DNA of 64,000 nt, from positions 85,935,649-85,999,648 of the forward strand of contig NC_068981.1 in assembly GCF_001194135.2 (NCBI RefSeq), written 5' to 3'. The stretch's first letter is position 1. Each line of letters begins with the position of its first letter. Below are positions 12,106 through 24,647 of this stretch, in pieces. Origin of the DNA: Octopus bimaculoides. Its lineage: Eukaryota. A model generated the notes under the pieces. The model had not been told where the DNA came from and made no database searches. It was given only the letters and a program-made list of their open reading frames with translations. A program made the position numbers and the translations under genes.

Positions 12106-15100
12106 TACCAGAAGAAAGTTCCGTACCACTAAACCAAGAAGATATTTTGAATATGTACGATCTATTTTAAGGCTAAATAGTAATTCTGTTTACGTTTGCG
12201 TAACAGATATTTTGGTTGGATTATATAGTTATCAGTTTTACACTTCTTTCTATATTCTGTAACTGTCACAATATAGAAACAGTTCTCATGGCACCAGCCC
12301 ACAATTTACAGATGCTTACATTTTTTATGTTTTCCGTGAATTTTTCCCGGGTCCAGCTAATCTACTATAATTGTTGTAACAGCCTCATAACAACCAGTGG
12401 GTTATTCTTGCAAAAGAAAAAGAAAAAAAAATCGTTTTTCACATTAGCACTAACTAGATCACAAATTTTATGAGTTGTGTCGACTGATTAATTTCAGCAT
12501 ATGATCGGTACTTTTATCGGCACTAGTGCGATTTGAACTCAGAATGTAATTAAAAAACGCCAGGCCAATATTCATATGTTCATACCATTTACTACCATAG
12601 TTGAAAAATAATGATTTTTAACTAATTTGTATTCGGGAGACAGATGACTACAAACATATCCCAGTGATTGACTGAGATTTATTTTATCATTCCGGGCAAA
12701 ATGATATAAGTGATAGTCGACCTCAGTGAAATTTAATTGAAAATGTAAATAGCATAGTACCCAGTCTCTCACATACCGTCCTTCTCTCAACGAAACCATT
12801 AAAATAATTTTTTCTCAAATTTTAAAGAAAGCAAATATGGACAGAACCTAATATATTGATACGTTAGTATCGAACTTTTTACTTGTACAAAGTAGCGTCT
12901 CACATTTTTGTTCTTATTAATTCTACAGTGGCTATTTTCATTATTTGGTTGTCAATTTAATTCATTATGCATTTATGTGTAAAAAATGTGCTTCCTTGTA
13001 AATTTGCTATATTTTTCTTTAATAAATTGCGATATTGAGTTATTTATGTCTATTTCGATTTTGTGGAGAGGAGTTCAAGTTCTACAAAACATCTGAGCCA
13101 TTGATACGTTCCTGGTACTTAGTTTCTTACAAAATCTAACTGAAATAGGTGAACATATATGAGAATATATTCAAAAACATAACTGACTGAAGAAGCTTGC
13201 AAATCAATGTTTTTTTNNNNNNNNNNNNNNNNNNNNNNNNNNNNNNNNNGGGGGGTGACGGTGATTCGTAAAATATTTGTGATAGATATGTTCCATCTTC
13301 ATTTTTTGAACTTTAACGCAATTTAGATAAAAAAAAAAACCCCGAGTAATATGCAATGAGTCGGTGCCGATCACAAGTGAACCAAAGGAATGCAGTTATT
13401 GTGAAGAAAGGAAAAACTACCGTTACTTCGAACTTAGGTCCTTTACCGATGAAAAGAATATGTGTGCTGTTATAACGGACGAAAGTAGCTGCACCATAGT
13501 TATTTAAGGGAAGTGAAAGAAGACAAACCACCACCACCACCACCACCACCGTCCCAAAATGAAACAATAAAATTATGCAAAATGTGAAAAAAGCATTATT
13601 GGTTATTATCTTTTAGTTTTTAACAAAATAAGCCTTCAAAAGTACTGACTTAAAAATCTTGAAAATAGTTAAGTTTGGAGAAAAATGACTAAGGAAATGC
13701 TAAATTGAACCGAATATGCTGGGATCTTTTTTTTATGAAAAAGGAAGTTTATTATTAAAATAGTAATATGAAAAGAAAAAAATGAATTTGAATTTGTAAA
13801 AATGTTCGAGTTCTGAATAAGACAGAAGGTTTGATGAACTGGTTGAGACAAGAAGACTAAGATAAATATTTTGTACTTTTTCTGTATTCCACTATTTCGA
13901 ATTCTGCTTTCATTTTTTTTATCTGGATCGAGTTGGAGTTAAATGTGTCGACTATGCTGAAATAAATTAACCTCGATTTCAACGCCAAATTAAGTGAATA
14001 AGAGATATGAAACCAAAATAATAATTGAATAATCGTTTTGCGTGCATCACTGTTTATTGATTTCATTCATAAATACAAGTGTGAAAAGAAATATAGTAAA
14101 CGACGAATGTTCTGTTCCCGTATCACTTAAATGATTATCTAAGTTACTGATACTTTGTACCAAATTTAGAGAGGAATATGGCTTGCAAAGAACTATTAAC
14201 TGATTGGGTTTTTGGCTTCTGCTTTTTTTTAATCATAAGGTTGCCTTATTTAATTGCTTTTAATGCTCATGAGAAAGAAGCGAATATCGTAATTTCTCAA
14301 AAAAATATTTCAAATTTCATAACGATAAAAAAAAAAAGCCACTATGGAGATAATTAATCCTGGTTTAGAATTTCAGATTAACCACTGAGTCTCTGCTAGC
14401 AAACACACTTAAAAATAATTAATGATAAAACTTGATGCTTGTCATTATTCGGAATATATATGAATGTCTCAGTTATTCCTTGACTATTTGTCTTCATGAG
14501 CAATCATCAGTCAGTGATTAGCCATATTAATTCATGATGTAGGTAAAGTGAAGATATAATTCAGCTAGAAATTTAAATCGTATCACAAATAATGTACACA
14601 TTTCTAGAAAAGTACAAATTCTCCGATTTAGTAAGTTGGAGGAATAGAGATTGCAATCGTTAACACCTCTTGAAAATACCAACTATATCAGTTGTAAAAT
14701 ATATATAATCAAGAATTGACGCCGCACATCCTTTCTGTTTTATATGAATTTTTTGTTTGACTAAGAATAGCATCTCTAAATATTTCAGGACAGAGAAATG
14801 AAATATTATGACGTCATGCCCTTCCTAAGAGCATTAATAGTTAGTGTAAGTGAAGCTTTGTACATACATCTTTATGACACTCGTCCTCTTTCTGTTGCAT
14901 TAATCTCTTTTGACTAGATCGAAGGCTAGATTTTATAGAGAGGTGGGAAGATTAATTTATCGATTTCAGTATATTATTGATACTTGTTTTTAGCAATTCA
15001 CTTTCTAGATTATTTTTCACTTCATTTATTGCAGACATTTGATGAAGACATCCATTATATTGGTATCGACACATATGTCGATTTAAAATTTCAAAGAAAG

Positions 15101-15419
15101 TTTCATAATATCCTGTAGATGTTATCAAAGAATCTGCGCATATACATTATGTAAAGAAACATTGGTAAATGGAGATGTAAAAGTAGAACAAGTGGTAGTG
15201 TCTTAATCGACCCCACATTGGACTTGACGTTATTTGAGTCAACAAAGTGAAATGGGGACTTATTGTGGAATACCTGTTCTTTGATTGTAGGAAGTCCAAG
15301 CCATGAGTCGTCTACTCATTTTGGATTCTCCTTGTTTGGATGGCTTAAGTAATGACTCAATAAACGCAAAACATTTTATTTTTAAAATCGCAATATTTGA
15401 CATAGGTACAAAGTAATCA

Positions 15420-15600
15420 TAGTTTCTAATTTAGACACAAGGTCAGCAATTTTGAGGAAGGCGGGCTAGTCGATCATATTGACCACAATGATAATTTTTT
15501 CGAACCCTAAATGAGGAAAGGCAAAGTTGACTACAGAAGAGACGGAATAAATACTGCAATAATTTTATCCGACGCTCTAAAGATTTTGCTAGTTCACCGC
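15420..15600 (-). mobile_element. SINE family A, diverged
   Basis: CACAAGGTCAGCAATTTTG...AGGCAAAGTTGAC...AGTTCACCGCC matches the reverse complement of family A. Confidence 0.6.
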
Positions 15601-15719
15601 CCTGGGAACGAAGTTATAATTTCAGTAAGAAGTAAAACAAATATTTTGAGGAATATTCTAAGTATAAATGGTTTCATATTTTGAATGTGCTTTTCTTCGT
15701 CAAATCAGATTTGCTCAGC

Positions 15720-17823
15720 AGCAATGCAGATAAACAAGGAACTTGAAATGTTAAGATAAAATATGGAAAACGACTACAATAGTGAATATAAAGTTCGAAT
15801 TGCGGTTGTGATGTTACAGAATAGTTGATAGAAGAATTCTGATTGCTAAGGTTAGAATTGTGCTGGTCAATCTTGAAGGTAAGGAAATTCCCAAATTGGA
15901 AGAGCCCAGGACCGGATGGGGCCCAAGTTTATTGGATGAATAAGTTGAGATGGCTCCACGAAAGGATAGTGCATGGCCTGGATAGACTTTAAAAAGGCTT
16001 ACGACATGTTGCCACATTCGTGAATTTTGGAAACACTCGACATGTGTGTATTAGCTGAGAACGTTTGTGCACTGATTAAGAACAGCATGCTTAGTTGAAA
16101 AACACGTCTTTTCTGTAACAACCAGCACTTAACCGAGGTAACAATTAAAAGAGATATCTTTCAGAGAGATTCTTGTTCACCTTTGTTATTTGTTATAGCC
16201 TTGATTCCGCTTTCTGTAGCCCTACGCAAAGTCAACGCGCACTATGAGCTGAGAAAGAAAGGGCCTCGTCTCAACTACTTTCTTTTCATGTATGATTTAA
16301 AACTGTTCGCGAAAACAGAGCCTGAAATGGAGAGGCTGGTTGAGATTGTGCAGATGTGCAGCAAGGATATAGGAATGGAATTCGGTATCTCGAAGTGTGC
16401 GGTGCTCACTTTGAAACGGGAGAAAAGAGCAGATTGTAGGGGCATAGAATTGCTAAACGGAGAGAGAATGGAAGATCTGGATGATGATGGGTACAAGTAC
16501 CTTGGGATCCTGGAGCTGGACAATATCTTGCACAGAGAAATGAAAGACAAGGTCATCCCTGCATATTTCAAGCATCTCAAACTTCTCTTGAAATCAAAAT
16601 TCGACTAAAGGAGCCTTGTGACTGCCATCAACATATGGGCTGTTGCTATAGTCCGCTAAAGTGCACCCATCTTGAAATGGATACGGATGGAGATTAATCA
16701 ACTCGATCGCACTACCCGAAAGACAATGACAATGCATGGTGCCCTCCACTCTAAAGTGAATGTACACAGGCTCTTCATGAAGAGGGGTAAAGGTGGACGT
16801 GAGTCGATAAGCGTACGGGAGTGTATCAACAGCGAAAGAAGAAACATGGCAGAATATTTGGTAAACAATAAACTAGACTTGCTACAGTATGCTGCTAATG
16901 CAGAAGAATTTACCAAAAATGGACTCGAAAGTGCTCATGAATTCCGATCACGAACAGCCAACGAGAGAGAAGAAACCCAACTCCGCATGGAATTATATGC
17001 TCAATTCCACCGTGAAACTAACTAATTAAATGACCAGGAAGCATCATGGAGGTGGCTCAGCAAGGGTGACCTAAAAAAGAATACTGAAAGCCTAGTCATC
17101 GCTGCCAGGATCAAGCATTGAAAGCCAACTCAATGAAAAAGAATATATTACCACACAAGTGGTATATATACAGAATGTGTGGGAATAGGGTTGAAAGCGT
17201 AACTCACATTGTTAATGCTTGTGAAAGTCTAGCGCAGAAAGAGTACAAGCGCAGACACGACAAGGTATCCCAAAACCTCCACTGGCTACTATACCAGAAC
17301 TATGGATACGAGGTAACTAGTGCTTGGTATCAACATACATCGGAAAAAGTAATGGACAAAAAGGGGAAGACAAAAATTCTCTGGGACTTTGACTTCCAGA
17401 CAGACAAGGTGTTAGAACACCGAAGACCGGATTAGAAACCTTTAGGAGGGACAAACAAGTGTACCTAATGATCGACGTGACAGTGCCAGGAAATCAACAT
17501 ATTATCATGAAAGAAAGAGAAAAGATTAATAAATATGGAGACCTGAGAATTGAGATCGCTAAGATGTGGTAGCTACGAGGGTCAAACATAAAAATTGTCC
17601 CTGTTGTCATCGGACAATACCACCCAATCTGAAAAAACTTATGGAAACTTTAGAAATACCCTACAATCGAGGCGTATTGCAAAAATCTGCATTACTTGGA
17701 ACAGCACGCATATTGCGTAAAGTACTGTCTGTCTGAGGTCCTTACTGTGACTTGACAGACAGTACAAAACCCCGGTACACACAATCAACAACATCACGAT
17801 ATTGGATACTGTGCGAAGTCTTA
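15720..17823 (+). mobile_element. 5'-truncated, frameshifted R4/Dong-clade non-LTR retrotransposon (RT + CCHC + REL endonuclease)
   Basis: KIPNWKSPGPDG (15890), DFKKAYD..PHS (15985), IKRDIFQRDSCSPLLFVIAL, MYDLKLF (YMDD motif decayed), KCA, YKYLG, GALHSKVNVHRL, YRMCG...ESVTHIVNAC zinc knuckle, RRPD...IDVTVPG...KEREKINKY PD-(D/E)xK motif, LQKSALLGTAHILRKVLSV* (stop 17735), 3' UTR ending on (AAT)n. Confidence 0.92.

Positions 17824-17907
<84 letters not shown>
17824..17907. repeat. (AAT)14(GAT)14 compound trinucleotide repeat
   Basis: Counted directly; abuts the LINE 3' end. Confidence 0.95.
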
Positions 17908-19559
17908 AAAAATAATATACGCACACACCAAAACATAAACTTGCATGCACATAAAAATACACATATAGCATATAAGACCAAAAATGCGCTAACCAATCTA
18001 TAAGTAGCAAAATATCCTGAAAGAAGCATCTCAATTGCTAAAAATAGATAAAAATAGATCAGAACCGTGCTCGGTAAGAGTAATTTGCTTTCAAGAAAGA
18101 AGACTTCAATTACATGGGAACAGCATCGTATAAGGAAATAGCTCATTACAAGCTATTTCAGAGCAACAAGCAAAATATTCAAAGTTTTATATGTATACAT
18201 ATGTACTCCTTCCGCAATATAAATGTAATTACGCAGCAAATATGCTTCTTCAACAAAAGAAATGAGATGATATTACATTCCAGCCACTAGAAATAGATTC
18301 ATCTTTTAAAACCTGGTTTGTATTCCAAGCAGGATAAATAGTAGAAATGGAGAAGTTAGAGAAGCCATGGTAATGCTGATCCAAGTAGAAGAACAACTGA
18401 GATCGATCAGAAAAAAAATAACCAACGAAATTTAAAATGAAAATTAATGGTAATTTAGACACAGTGTATAAAGTAAACAATAAAGAACACAGCAATAAAA
18501 CAAGGTTTAGCAACAGCAGTCAAGTCTAATACAAAGTCAATACAGCCATCAATCAATATAAGAATTTTATGAAACCGGATATTATAATGAAATCAACCAA
18601 TAAAAACAAAATATCAAAAGTATTGGCATAATGAAATCGATAGTATGACAAAAATTAAAACGTCATGATCTTACCAATTTATGATTTAGAATGTAACCAA
18701 CGATAACAATGGTCACACACACAAAAGAAAGAGCTTGAATTACCGAAAAAAAAAACATTCACTTGAAAGATCGTAGCAGTGTGAAACTCGAGCCGCGACA
18801 AAAATAATTCAATTTATATAAACTATACTCTATGTATGCGTACACTCTTTCTCATACGTATATATACAAACTGCCCTTCGGTTTTCCCCGCCTTAATATA
18901 CAATATTCAAAGATATGTAATTTTATTTTTATCCTAGAGATAAAATTTGTGCCATTCCCAGCTGGTGATATATTTCTTTATCTTCTGTTTAGCTTTTATT
19001 AGGAAAAATGGTCTCAAACCATCTGATATTTTCATTTTGCTAACCAGCAACTCATGTCATGATAAATGACTTTGTGTTGTTCGTATTACAATGTTAGTTG
19101 TTACAATATTTCTCGATCTCTGTTCTATTCGATAAACCTGACTAATTACACCTCCTAAACGTTATCGTGTAACATCAAAATTAACGAAAACAAAATAAAG
19201 AAATAGAAAGAGTATAATTACTATAACCAAGGCGACTACTGTAACTAAGACAACCGCATTTAGAGAAGATAAGAAATCTTGTATATTGGTTTATTCTAAT
19301 TTGTGATGACATGATAATTAGAAAACATAATAGGCTTTCATAATAACCATGTTCATATTAGTTGTGTTTTACTTTTCAATCGCTTTTATTAACTTTAATA
19401 TAGAAAAGCAGCTAAATCAAATGATGGATAAACAATCGAACTAATAATCTGAATATGGCCAATTTTTTATCCAGATTTCATAATCCGCGAATGCTTTGCT
19501 TACGTAACCCTACATCTCTTTATGTGAAAATTCATAATTGCTCTAAATGTCTCATCGTA

Positions 19560-20050
19560 AGCAATAATTTTCAGTTATGACCAATATAATCGACCATTGT
19601 TTATTCAATAGTTGAGTTAAATTCAGCGTGTGTCTCATGTGAAGTGTTCAGGTGTTGAGGAAGGTGCCTGAGTTAAGTAAGGTTTAGTATCTTCTATGGC
19701 GGAGTGTGTTGGCACAAGAGACATTAGGAATGCTTGTCATTAATGTTACATTAATGTAAAGGAAGTGTGTGGGGAAATATTACTAAACGTTATGATATCC
19801 TAAAGTCAACTGAATGTGGGTCGGTAAAAGCTTCGTTGGCACACTCTACAATGGTGCAGTCTGGAAAGAAGGTTCTGGTAGAAGAAACAAAAGTCAGATG
19901 CAAACCATATGCAGGCAACTTAAGCTAAGATGTTTCTAACCCAAACATGTTTGCAGGTTTTACCGATGTCAATATTACTTTCACTGATGTTCCAAAGGCA
20001 AGGGGTCACTTGTGAGTAACATGAAATAGTAAGTCTCCAACAGTACTCGT
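19560..20050 (-). mobile_element. Possible decayed PLE 3' end
   Basis: Minus-strand fragments DFRIS...CNINDKHS*CLLCQH...LLNKQWSII resemble the PLE C-terminal W.I...C.LC...LLNKR motif; very degenerate. Confidence 0.3.
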
Positions 20051-21094
20051 TATAATAGCGTCATTGTGGTATCATTTCAAATGTTGGCAAGGCCACAACC
20101 AAATAAGTACAACATAAAGTCGTGAAATTTAGTAACAACAAAAAGTGTTTTTAGAAATATTCTTTTCCTATCACTAATATTTGTTATGGAGAAAATGTTT
20201 CTCCGTGCTTTAATTCTTGGCTCTCTTTTTATAATGTTTTGAAAATATTACGCAAAAATATTTGTCAAAAGTTGTTTTGGTTCGTATGAATTTTATTGTT
20301 ATTTGTTAGTCAAGTTAACTGTCTAATATTGTAATTACCCGAGTTTTAAGAAAGATATATTGGTAGTTTATCTGATTCAAGACATCAAATCGAAACTTTC
20401 GAACACAAGTAGTAAAAAAAAAAAAAAAAAAAAAAAAAACAGGAAGAAGACACCAGCAATGCTAATTAGCTGTACATAACTTTTAGATAAAAAAATGGAG
20501 TAAATTTTTTTAGTTTATTAAGAAATATATCGTATAACTATTTACACGATATTTATGTCATTTTTACCATCGTGCATACAAATTTTGTTGGATGATTTTT
20601 AACCCATAACAATTTCAATGGGCTCATTTAGTTCAAATCCTTCATTAGCAAGTCTCCTCAATGTAGTGCCACCAACATCTATATACGTAACATCATTTTA
20701 TGAAGAAAGATTCACAAATTATTCAACTGTTTCCTGTTTGCTCCCTCTCTCCTTCTCTCAATATACCTCTGATTCTCTCCCTCTCTTTCCCTCTACCTTG
20801 TTTCTCTCATTGAGACGCTATCTGTTACCTTCTTTCTTTGTCTTCCTATTTTCTGGAGTCGATATCATTCGTACCGTATTCCTGTACGGAGAGTTAAATT
20901 TTATTTTGTTGAAGTAAAAGAAAGAAAAAAAAAATAATAAAGTTTCAAAAGTACATGGAATGTCTATTTTTTAAACTGTTTCTCGAAGTACATATGATGG
21001 ACTCTCTCATCGAAGACGACGTGTGAATGTTCAGCTTTTGCCAAACGATCTGCGCAAATGATTTGTTTATAGTGGTCAAATGTATGTGATGTAC

Positions 21095-21260
21095 ATTAGC
21101 TCCCTCCCTCCATGGAATCGATGTTGCCTGAACAGGTGCACGATGTACCACGGTTCAGGTGTCGAAGTGATTACAGAGCAACATGAGATGAAATGTTTTG
21201 CTCAAGAACACAACGCACCACCCGATCTAGGGGTTGAAATCATGATAATGAGTGCAACAC
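21095..21260 (-). mobile_element. SINE family C, diverged
   Basis: TTTTGCTCAAGAACACAACGC...ATCATGATAATGAGTGCAACACCCTA, reverse complement of the family C head. Confidence 0.55.
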
Positions 21261-21764
21261 CCTAGCAATAGGCCATACGTGTCGAAGCACATATAAAGGT
21301 GTAAATAATAACATGTAAATATCGGGTTGAAAAATATTTTTGGATAGGAAAAGTCGAAGGCTACCTGTGTAACTCGAACCCGCATCCCCTACAGACATGA
21401 CTGGTGTCCTGTCATTGTACCAAAGCAATCCTCCGAATTTATCGGTACGTTTCAGAAGCTTTATTCCTACCAGTATGTTGTTGACGTCACAAGAATTTAT
21501 AAACTTTCGAGAGAACGTGGAATAATTCTTTTGGGGAATTGGTTCTCGAAGTACATATAAAGCTGTAAATAATACCAATAGTGAAACATAATTTTGTGTT
21601 TGAAATTCTTTTGGTTCATGTGGGTAGCAGAATCAGTAGAGCGTCGAAGAAAATAAAATAAATACTTTGTAGTGTTTATATTTTTTTTATGTTCTGAATT
21701 TAAATCCTGTTCTGTTTGTCTTTGTCTGTTATCCACCTGAAATTAATAAAATAAGAATCAATAT

Positions 21765-22030
21765 GCGCAGGTATGGCTGTGTTGTTAAGAAGCTCAGTTC
21801 AGTCCCATTGCACGGCACCTTGAGCAAGTATCTTCTACTATTGTTCCGGGTCGATCAATGACTTCTGAGAATATTTGGTAGATGGCAACTGTGTGGAAGT
21901 TCGTCATAAAAATGTGTTTCTGTGTGTATGTCTTTTTGTCCGTGTATGTCACTCCCCCACGCGTGATAACCGCTGATGGTTTATTTACACCCCCGCAACT
22001 AAGCGCTTCGGCAAAATAGATCTATAGAAA
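21765..22030 (+). mobile_element. SINE family B
   Basis: GCGCAGGTATGGCTGTGTTGTTAAG A-box, GTTCAGTCCC B-box, GGCACCTTGAGCAAGT core. Confidence 0.8.
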
Positions 22031-22369
22031 TACCAATAAAGTCGAGGTTTGCCCTCGTGGAAAAAATTTTAAATCGTCATTTTCCTTTCCCAATGATATT
22101 ATTTCTAACAATCAACATTTCACCTTTTTTCACAAGCACATGGTAAAACTATGCACACAAGCGGCGGGTTTTCGACAACTTCAGTTTTTGAATTACCTCT
22201 CCAGTTTGTCTCATATATGTAAATTTCAAGTCTCTTACAGAGAGGACCTCTGCTACTGTGCTTAATATTCCTCTACCGAGGTAGATTTGTGAACAGCACA
22301 TTTGCTGATGATCATTACCTCCACCTTTTTCTTCGTTCTTTCTTATTTTCTCAACAATTTTTCTTAATT

Positions 22370-22404
22370 TTTCTGACGAAAGACTAGCGTCCGAAACGTC
22401 AAGG
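22370..22404 (+). ncRNA. Minimal hammerhead ribozyme motif (palindromic stem III, dimer type)
   Basis: TTT-CTGACGA-A-AGAC(TAGC)GTCC-GAAAC-GTC-AAGG: intact core with GUC triplet, one stem II mismatch, weak U-A/U-G stem I. Confidence 0.7.
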
Positions 22405-23742
22405 CTCCACCTTCTTTTAACGTTAAGACAGCATTTGTTAAAAATTATCCCTCTCTCGTCTTCTTTAGGTGCTTATTGCCTAATATCAATTGTTAATNNN
22501 NNNNNNNGTTGTGTACACACAACAAAACTAATCTCAAGCTCCAGTTCGCTGTTTTACTTGTCTCACCACGAGCAAATAACTTTTCAGTTCATGACAACCT
22601 GTAAGTCTCCGATTATTCTTAAAGACAGTATTCTCGAACTTGCTGCTGCTCTTGTAGAACTCTCTCTTTCTCTCTGTCTCTCTCACTTTCTCTTTCTCTC
22701 TATCTATCGCCCTCACTTTCTTTCCTCTCTCTCCTTTCAAGGATCTAACTCAGTCTATGAAAACACAGGACTGTAAGTGCTGCAGGGTGATACCCTATTA
22801 TATCCACTTCTAACACAACGGAAATACAACGTGTCATAANNNNNNNNNNNNNNNNNNNNNNNNNNNNNNNNNGAAAAGACTCTCTTGTAAATTGTAATAT
22901 CATCATAAACTAGAAAATATTTAAAACTGTTTTTACTATATGAAGCCTGAGCGTAGTTGAAAGTTTTGTTTAACTCCAACTCAACACCATTCGAGCACAG
23001 CTATGATTAGAAATGTTCTATGCACACTCACTCCGACTTATTTCCAGACATAGTTTTACTAGGGCTAACTTATCCAATGTATTAATACCTTCTTTAAAGA
23101 CTGCAGGGTGTAACTTGAAGGAAATTTTAAGTAGGGCCTCCTAATTGGTGGGTTCACTGTGGTTGGAGTAAGTCATAGAGGTGTATTAACAAGCGTTACT
23201 GTCGTTTTTGCCAGGAATGTAGAAGGCGAAAAAGATATTTGCGATGCGATACGATAGTGCTAATAATTAATGAAATAGCTTCTAAATGAAGCAAATCATT
23301 AGAATGTTATAGGGAGAAAGAATGAAAGAGAAAGAAAGAAAGAGAAAGAAAGAAAGAGAAAGTGAGAGAGGGGAAAGAAAACGTGAGCGAGTCAGTGAGA
23401 GAAACAGATAAACGTGTCAGCTAATCCAGAAACAGATCAAAGACAATAATGTTAGCGATTACTTTGCCTTGTGTTCACTAGGATGCTGTCGAGTTACCTA
23501 ATTGGATCACCCAGTTGGTGATTGGCGGTTTCTGTTGCTGTTGTTGTTGAATTAAGGCACCATCTACTTGAGATAACATTGATTTATTTTCAAGGAAAAG
23601 AAAAAAAAAGAGAGAAAGATAAAAAAAAAAGGGGCATAGAATTACGTTTGTATAGATATGGTGGCCAAGTAGAAAATTATAGATTTAGTAATAAATTTCC
23701 CTCTGTTGAACAGCTTGAAGAGGAGCTGTTATGAAGGAAGTC

Positions 23743-23744
<2 letters not shown>

Positions 23745-23821
<77 letters not shown>
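23745..23821. repeat. (GA)n microsatellite
   Basis: Perfect GA run. Confidence 0.95.
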
Positions 23822-23824
<3 letters not shown>

Positions 23825-23859
23825 GGGTAAGGAGAAGGAGAAAGAGAGACATAAGCTGG

Positions 23860-24350
23860 TGTTTAGTTCCAAATCACCTGTGATCGATTAAGCATATATA
23901 TTAAAAGCGTTCCAACCTTGACCATCCTGTCTCTTACTCAGGTGATGTATCTAGGATTACATTATCTAATGTACTCTTTTTTAAAGACTTTAAGGTGTGA
24001 CTTGAGAGAGAGTTTGCTATTTCTTCCAAGTTGATTGATTACATAAACTTCTTCGTTTGCTCGTGAACAGTAAGTTGGCTGCTGTAGTTAAAAATGGAGA
24101 AACAGAAGCGAATCAAGAAGTATTAAGGATTCGTCAACGAGATTATGGGGAATCCTCTAATAAACTCCCGACTTGCTAGAAACTGCAGTCAAACACTTCT
24201 CCAATCACATCCTATTGTCTTATTCAAAAAGAACACATTCGATAATATTATCTTAGATGCACTACGTCTTAAAAAAAGATGGATGTAAAATCTAGAACAC
24301 CTCTGAGTATAAGTGCGCTCGGGCACAGCTAACTTAGAAGTTAAACAATA
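23860..24350. repeat. Two opposed fragments of an interspersed repeat (family D)
   Basis: GACCATCCTGTC...TCTAGGATTACATTATCTAATGT... at 23920-24040 and its reverse complement at ~24170-24300; related pieces at ~23040-23130, 44560-44640 and 49925-50080. Confidence 0.55.
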
Positions 24351-24414
24351 GATCACTATATATAATGTTTTTCATGCGAAAATTTAGGAAATAGTCGTAA
24401 GACTTTCTAATCTA

Positions 24415-24620
24415 CAAATATTTTAATGAAATTTAATGACGGGGGTGCAAGTCGATTACATCGACCCCAGTGCTCAAACTGGTGCTTATTTTGTCGACTG
24501 CCACAGGATGAAAGGCAAGGTCGACTTCGGTGAAATTTGAACTCAGAATGTAAAGTGCCAGAGGAAAAACCGCTAAGAATTTTCTCCGGCGCAGTAACGA
24601 TTTTATCGGCTTGCTGCATT
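24415..24620 (-). mobile_element. SINE family A
   Basis: GTCGATTACATCGACCCCAGTGC...GGATGAAAGGCAAGGTCGAC...TTTGAACTCAGAATGT. Confidence 0.85.
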
Positions 24621-24647
24621 TTCCCAACCTATAACAATAAATTCCTT

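Noticed and set aside
13345-13505. Cys-containing 53-codon open frame (CNESV...CSYCEERKNYRYFELRSF...)
   Set aside because: No start or splice context and no recognisable domain; within chance expectation.
14470-14515. Minus-strand CTGATGA...GAAGAC...GTC as a hammerhead
   Set aside because: The core GAAA is broken and stems I and II do not pair.
17639-18146. Poly-His/Tyr, poly-Ser/Leu and poly-Asn/Asp ORFs
   Set aside because: Translations of the (AAT)14(GAT)14 array in different frames.
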